Shown: piece after piece, positions 61,490-64,000 of the stretch
Position numbering within the stretch: position 1 is the first letter of the stretch
How the letters are laid out: every line of letters begins with the position of its first letter
IMG/VR virus record: IMGVR_UViG_3300012582_000005
Location: 1 to 64,000 of that record
Origin: a virus
Strand: one strand, 5' to 3'
DNA length: 64,000 bases
Made by a program: the position numbers and the translations under genes
Notes under the pieces: model-generated
Database searches by the model: none
What the model was told of the DNA's origin: nothing
Seen by the model: only the letters and a program-made list of their open reading frames with translations

Positions 61490-63263
61490 TTTCATTACCA
61501 CTATTATAAATTCTGTATTTTTTATTTTCTAACATAATATCTTTTTCTGTTTTATTTTTATCATAACCCAATTTAACTAGTTTACTCTTATTCCATTTTG
61601 ATCGATGTTCTCTAATACCCGATATTACATAATGATAACCTTGTATTGTAAGTGAGTCAAATTTAAAACCAATTGTGTTATATACGATAGAGTATCCCCA
61701 AGATCTATCGAAATATGTTGTTATCTCAATTGGCTTATATTTATCAATAAAATATTTAAACATTTTTGATGCACCTCCTACAACATTAATATTTAGCTTA
61801 TTACAAAAACGATATAATTCAAAATAATTATCTATATTTTTTACACTTCTTAATACACCAAAAGTCATAATAGAAACTATTACATCATCATAATATAGTG
61901 CTATGTAGTATTTAGAATTTATAAAACCTTGTAAATGATTTTCATCTAAAAAATCTCTACATTGATTCGCACAAATTTCTCTAATATCGCATTTTCTAGC
62001 AAATATTTTTTCACTGTTAAGTTTGAATAAATTTTTAATTCTAGATTTTACAATATCTTTTTTATAATTCCAATCATCTTCCCATATGTGAATAAGCCTT
62101 ATATCATTAGCTAAACATTTATCCGATTTTTCTTTATGGTAGTCATCACTTTTAAATAATTCGTTATGCCAATATAAACCGTTAAATTCTAATGCCATTT
62201 TCAATTTTGGAATATAAATATCTAAATGTCGTGGAGCTATCTGTTTATTGTCATTTATTACTATTTCATCATTATAGATACTTTTTATAAAGTCTAATAA
62301 TTCTTTTTCTCCTGTTGATGTAGAAGTTTTATCTACACATTTAGTACATATATGTACATTAGCTTTTAATCTACTATATAATAATGTAGGATGAATTGTA
62401 AAGTTTTTGTCACATATATTACAGTGTAAGTGTAATCCACCCTTTTTATTATTAACATGATTGATATATTCAACATTTTCAACTTTAGTTAAAAGATTTT
62501 CGATATATCCTTTTTTATAAGATTCAATTCTTTTTTCTTGAATTTCATCATTTCTCATTGGATGATCCACACCATATCTTTCTAAATGGGTTTGTTTTAT
62601 TTTTTCTTTAATATAAGGAACATGAAAAGTATGTTCTACTCCATAATTTTCTTTAAGATTATTTTTCCTTTTATTTAAAATAGACTCCTTCTCTTCATCA
62701 CTTTTATTTAAAAAAGTATTACTTAATTTATCTTTAATTAATTGTAATTCTTCATCAGTTTTATTGTTCCATGTATTTCTAACATTTTTTAAAATTTCTT
62801 TGCTTTGTGTCGGGTGTTCTACACCATATCTTTCAAATGTTGTTTGTTTCACTTTATTTTGAATATCGATTCTTTTCATTTGGTGTTCTACACCATATTT
62901 ATTTTTATAATTAACTTTTTTCAATTTTTGTATACTTTCTAATTGTGCTGGATTTTCAACGCCATATTTTTCTAAATTATTCTTTTTAACCATAGGTATA
63001 TAACATATTTTATTACCACATGATATTTTCCATCCATTTTTAAAACCAATCCAATTACACAACTTACCACAAGTACATAATTGTAAATTCCAATTTTTAT
63101 TTATTATATGCCATAATTTTTGTGATATAGTTAAATTATTTTCTCCTATATTAGTTTGAATTAAGTCTTCTATCTCATTTAATAATTCTGGTCTTTTATT
63201 TATGAATAAAATTAATGATCCTATATTATTTTCTTTTTCTTTTATTATTTCTAAAATTTTCAT
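61470..63263 (-). CDS. Homing-endonuclease-like protein (Vsr/DUF559-type PD-(D/E)xK core plus repeated YGVEHP modules)
   Basis: LDIYIPKLKMALEFNGLYWHNE is the Vsr-like core. There are five ~29-aa repeats of the form [KR]YGV[ED][HN]P, and it is free-standing next to a conserved neck gene. Confidence 0.5.
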   Translation of the reverse strand: MKILEIIKEKENNIGSLILFINKRPELLNEIEDLIQTNIGENNLTISQKLWHIINKNWNLQLCTCGKLCNWIGFKNGWKISCGNKICYIPMVKKNNLEKYGVENPAQLESIQKLKKVNYKNKYGVEHQMKRIDIQNKVKQTTFERYGVEHPTQSKEILKNVRNTWNNKTDEELQLIKDKLSNTFLNKSDEEKESILNKRKNNLKENYGVEHTFHVPYIKEKIKQTHLERYGVDHPMRNDEIQEKRIESYKKGYIENLLTKVENVEYINHVNNKKGGLHLHCNICDKNFTIHPTLLYSRLKANVHICTKCVDKTSTSTGEKELLDFIKSIYNDEIVINDNKQIAPRHLDIYIPKLKMALEFNGLYWHNELFKSDDYHKEKSDKCLANDIRLIHIWEDDWNYKKDIVKSRIKNLFKLNSEKIFARKCDIREICANQCRDFLDENHLQGFINSKYYIALYYDDVIVSIMTFGVLRSVKNIDNYFELYRFCNKLNINVVGGASKMFKYFIDKYKPIEITTYFDRSWGYSIVYNTIGFKFDSLTIQGYHYVISGIREHRSKWNKSKLVKLGYDKNKTEKDIMLENKKYRIYNSGNEKWIWKQ

Positions 63264-63313
63264 GTTTTAACAATTACTATTTTGTTATATACTATTTTTG
63301 TTAAATGTTTTAA

Positions 63314-63334
63314 TTTTTTTTTAATATATACATA
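63314..63334 (+). promoter_or_regulatory. Late-promoter-like element
   Basis: TTTTTTTTTAATATATACATA lies 15 nt before ATG 63350. Confidence 0.3.
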
Positions 63335-63349
63335 AAATGATATTAAATT

Positions 63350-64000
63350 ATGACAGATTTAGAAATTTTTGACCTGATTAATATGGATCTAACGATGTCT
63401 TGTAGTTTGCCTCAAATTCTTCCAACAATTGAAATTAAAAGATTGGTTGAAAAAATAGCATTACCTTGGTTCTATGAACACCATCCATTTTCTGTAATAA
63501 GAGCTTATTATTATTTACCACTTGATACTTTATGTACTGAGCAGTTTACTCAATATAAATATATTACTCTACCAGACGAAATTCAAAATGTTATATGGAC
63601 TTATCAAATTACAGATAGAAGTTTATTCTCACTCGGTTTTGGTACAGGAAATGGTCAAGGAAATGTTAGTGTTAATAATGGATTAACTAATCAACCCTAT
63701 TTAAATTCAATGGTCACCACGATAGGAGAATTAGGCGTTTATAAAGTTATTATTGATAGTTTCTCTGATATGTTAAATCAATTATCTAAACATACATTAA
63801 AGTTTGATTATCACTTTCAATCAAAAAAGTTTCACTTATTAACATCAGCAACTACTGATATTATTTTAGAAACTTATTCAAGAATTCCAGCAGAAGATAT
63901 TTTCGAAATGGATCATTTTAAAAGATATGCTTTAGCTTTATCTAAACAACAATTGGGTAGACTACTTACTCGATATAATATGCCATTACCAGGTAATGTT
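63350..64000 (+). CDS. Neck/head-completion protein (T4 gp13-like), 3' end off the window
   Basis: Hand-translated and not in the ORF track because it is truncated. HFKRYALALSKQQLGRLLTRYNMPLPGNV aligns with T4 gp13 [30 protein letters not shown], and the N-terminus is similar in style. Confidence 0.7.
   Translation, partial: MTDLEIFDLINMDLTMSCSLPQILPTIEIKRLVEKIALPWFYEHHPFSVIRAYYYLPLDTLCTEQFTQYKYITLPDEIQNVIWTYQITDRSLFSLGFGTGNGQGNVSVNNGLTNQPYLNSMVTTIGELGVYKVIIDSFSDMLNQLSKHTLKFDYHFQSKKFHLLTSATTDIILETYSRIPAEDIFEMDHFKRYALALSKQQLGRLLTRYNMPLPGNV

Noticed and set aside
62500-62990. Degenerate ~87-nt DNA periodicity that could be taken for a repeat array or CRISPR-like structure.
   Set aside because: It is the coding image of the YGVEHP protein modules. 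The copies are divergent, there is no spacer/repeat organisation, and no cas genes are present.
1-64000. Prophage, integrative element, or DGR/retron-type systems.
   Set aside because: I recognised no integrase, recombinase, transposase or reverse transcriptase, and no att-like or template/variable repeat pair. The content is contiguous virion and replication genes.

Overview
AT-rich (about 30% GC by eye), densely coding window that reads as part of a large T4-like myovirus genome. No rRNA, CRISPR array, integrase or transposase was seen. T4-type core genes are recognisable by direct sequence resemblance: a 1212-aa tail sheath, a gp19-like tail tube, a gp32-like ssDNA-binding protein, a gp61-like primase, an ATP-dependent DNA ligase and a gp13-like neck protein that runs off the right edge. 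The host is inferred to be Bacteroidota/Flavobacteriia for four reasons: one ORF ends in a T9SS C-terminal sorting domain, several genes have TTTG-N19-20-TAnnTTTG promoters, Shine-Dalgarno sequences are almost absent, and clpP looks Bacteroidota-type. Accessory content includes clpP, a four-domain S1-like protein, a tRNA-binding-domain protein, one tRNA(CAT), an ECF-type sigma factor, an HDAC-family deacetylase inside a cell-envelope enzyme cluster, a WYL-like protein, HNH and Vsr-like homing-type nucleases, and a 4864-aa protein built largely of Trp/Phe-centred five-residue repeats. The most interesting pattern is a short N-terminal leader (M-K-x-I-K-S-F-N-E-F ... [ILV]-x-E|A) on at least ten otherwise unrelated ORFs. 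It resembles the T4 capsid-targeting sequence with its prohead-protease site. A tandem three-gene paralogue family supports this, because its middle copy starts exactly at the predicted cleavage point. All functional calls come from reading the translations by eye. No database search was run.
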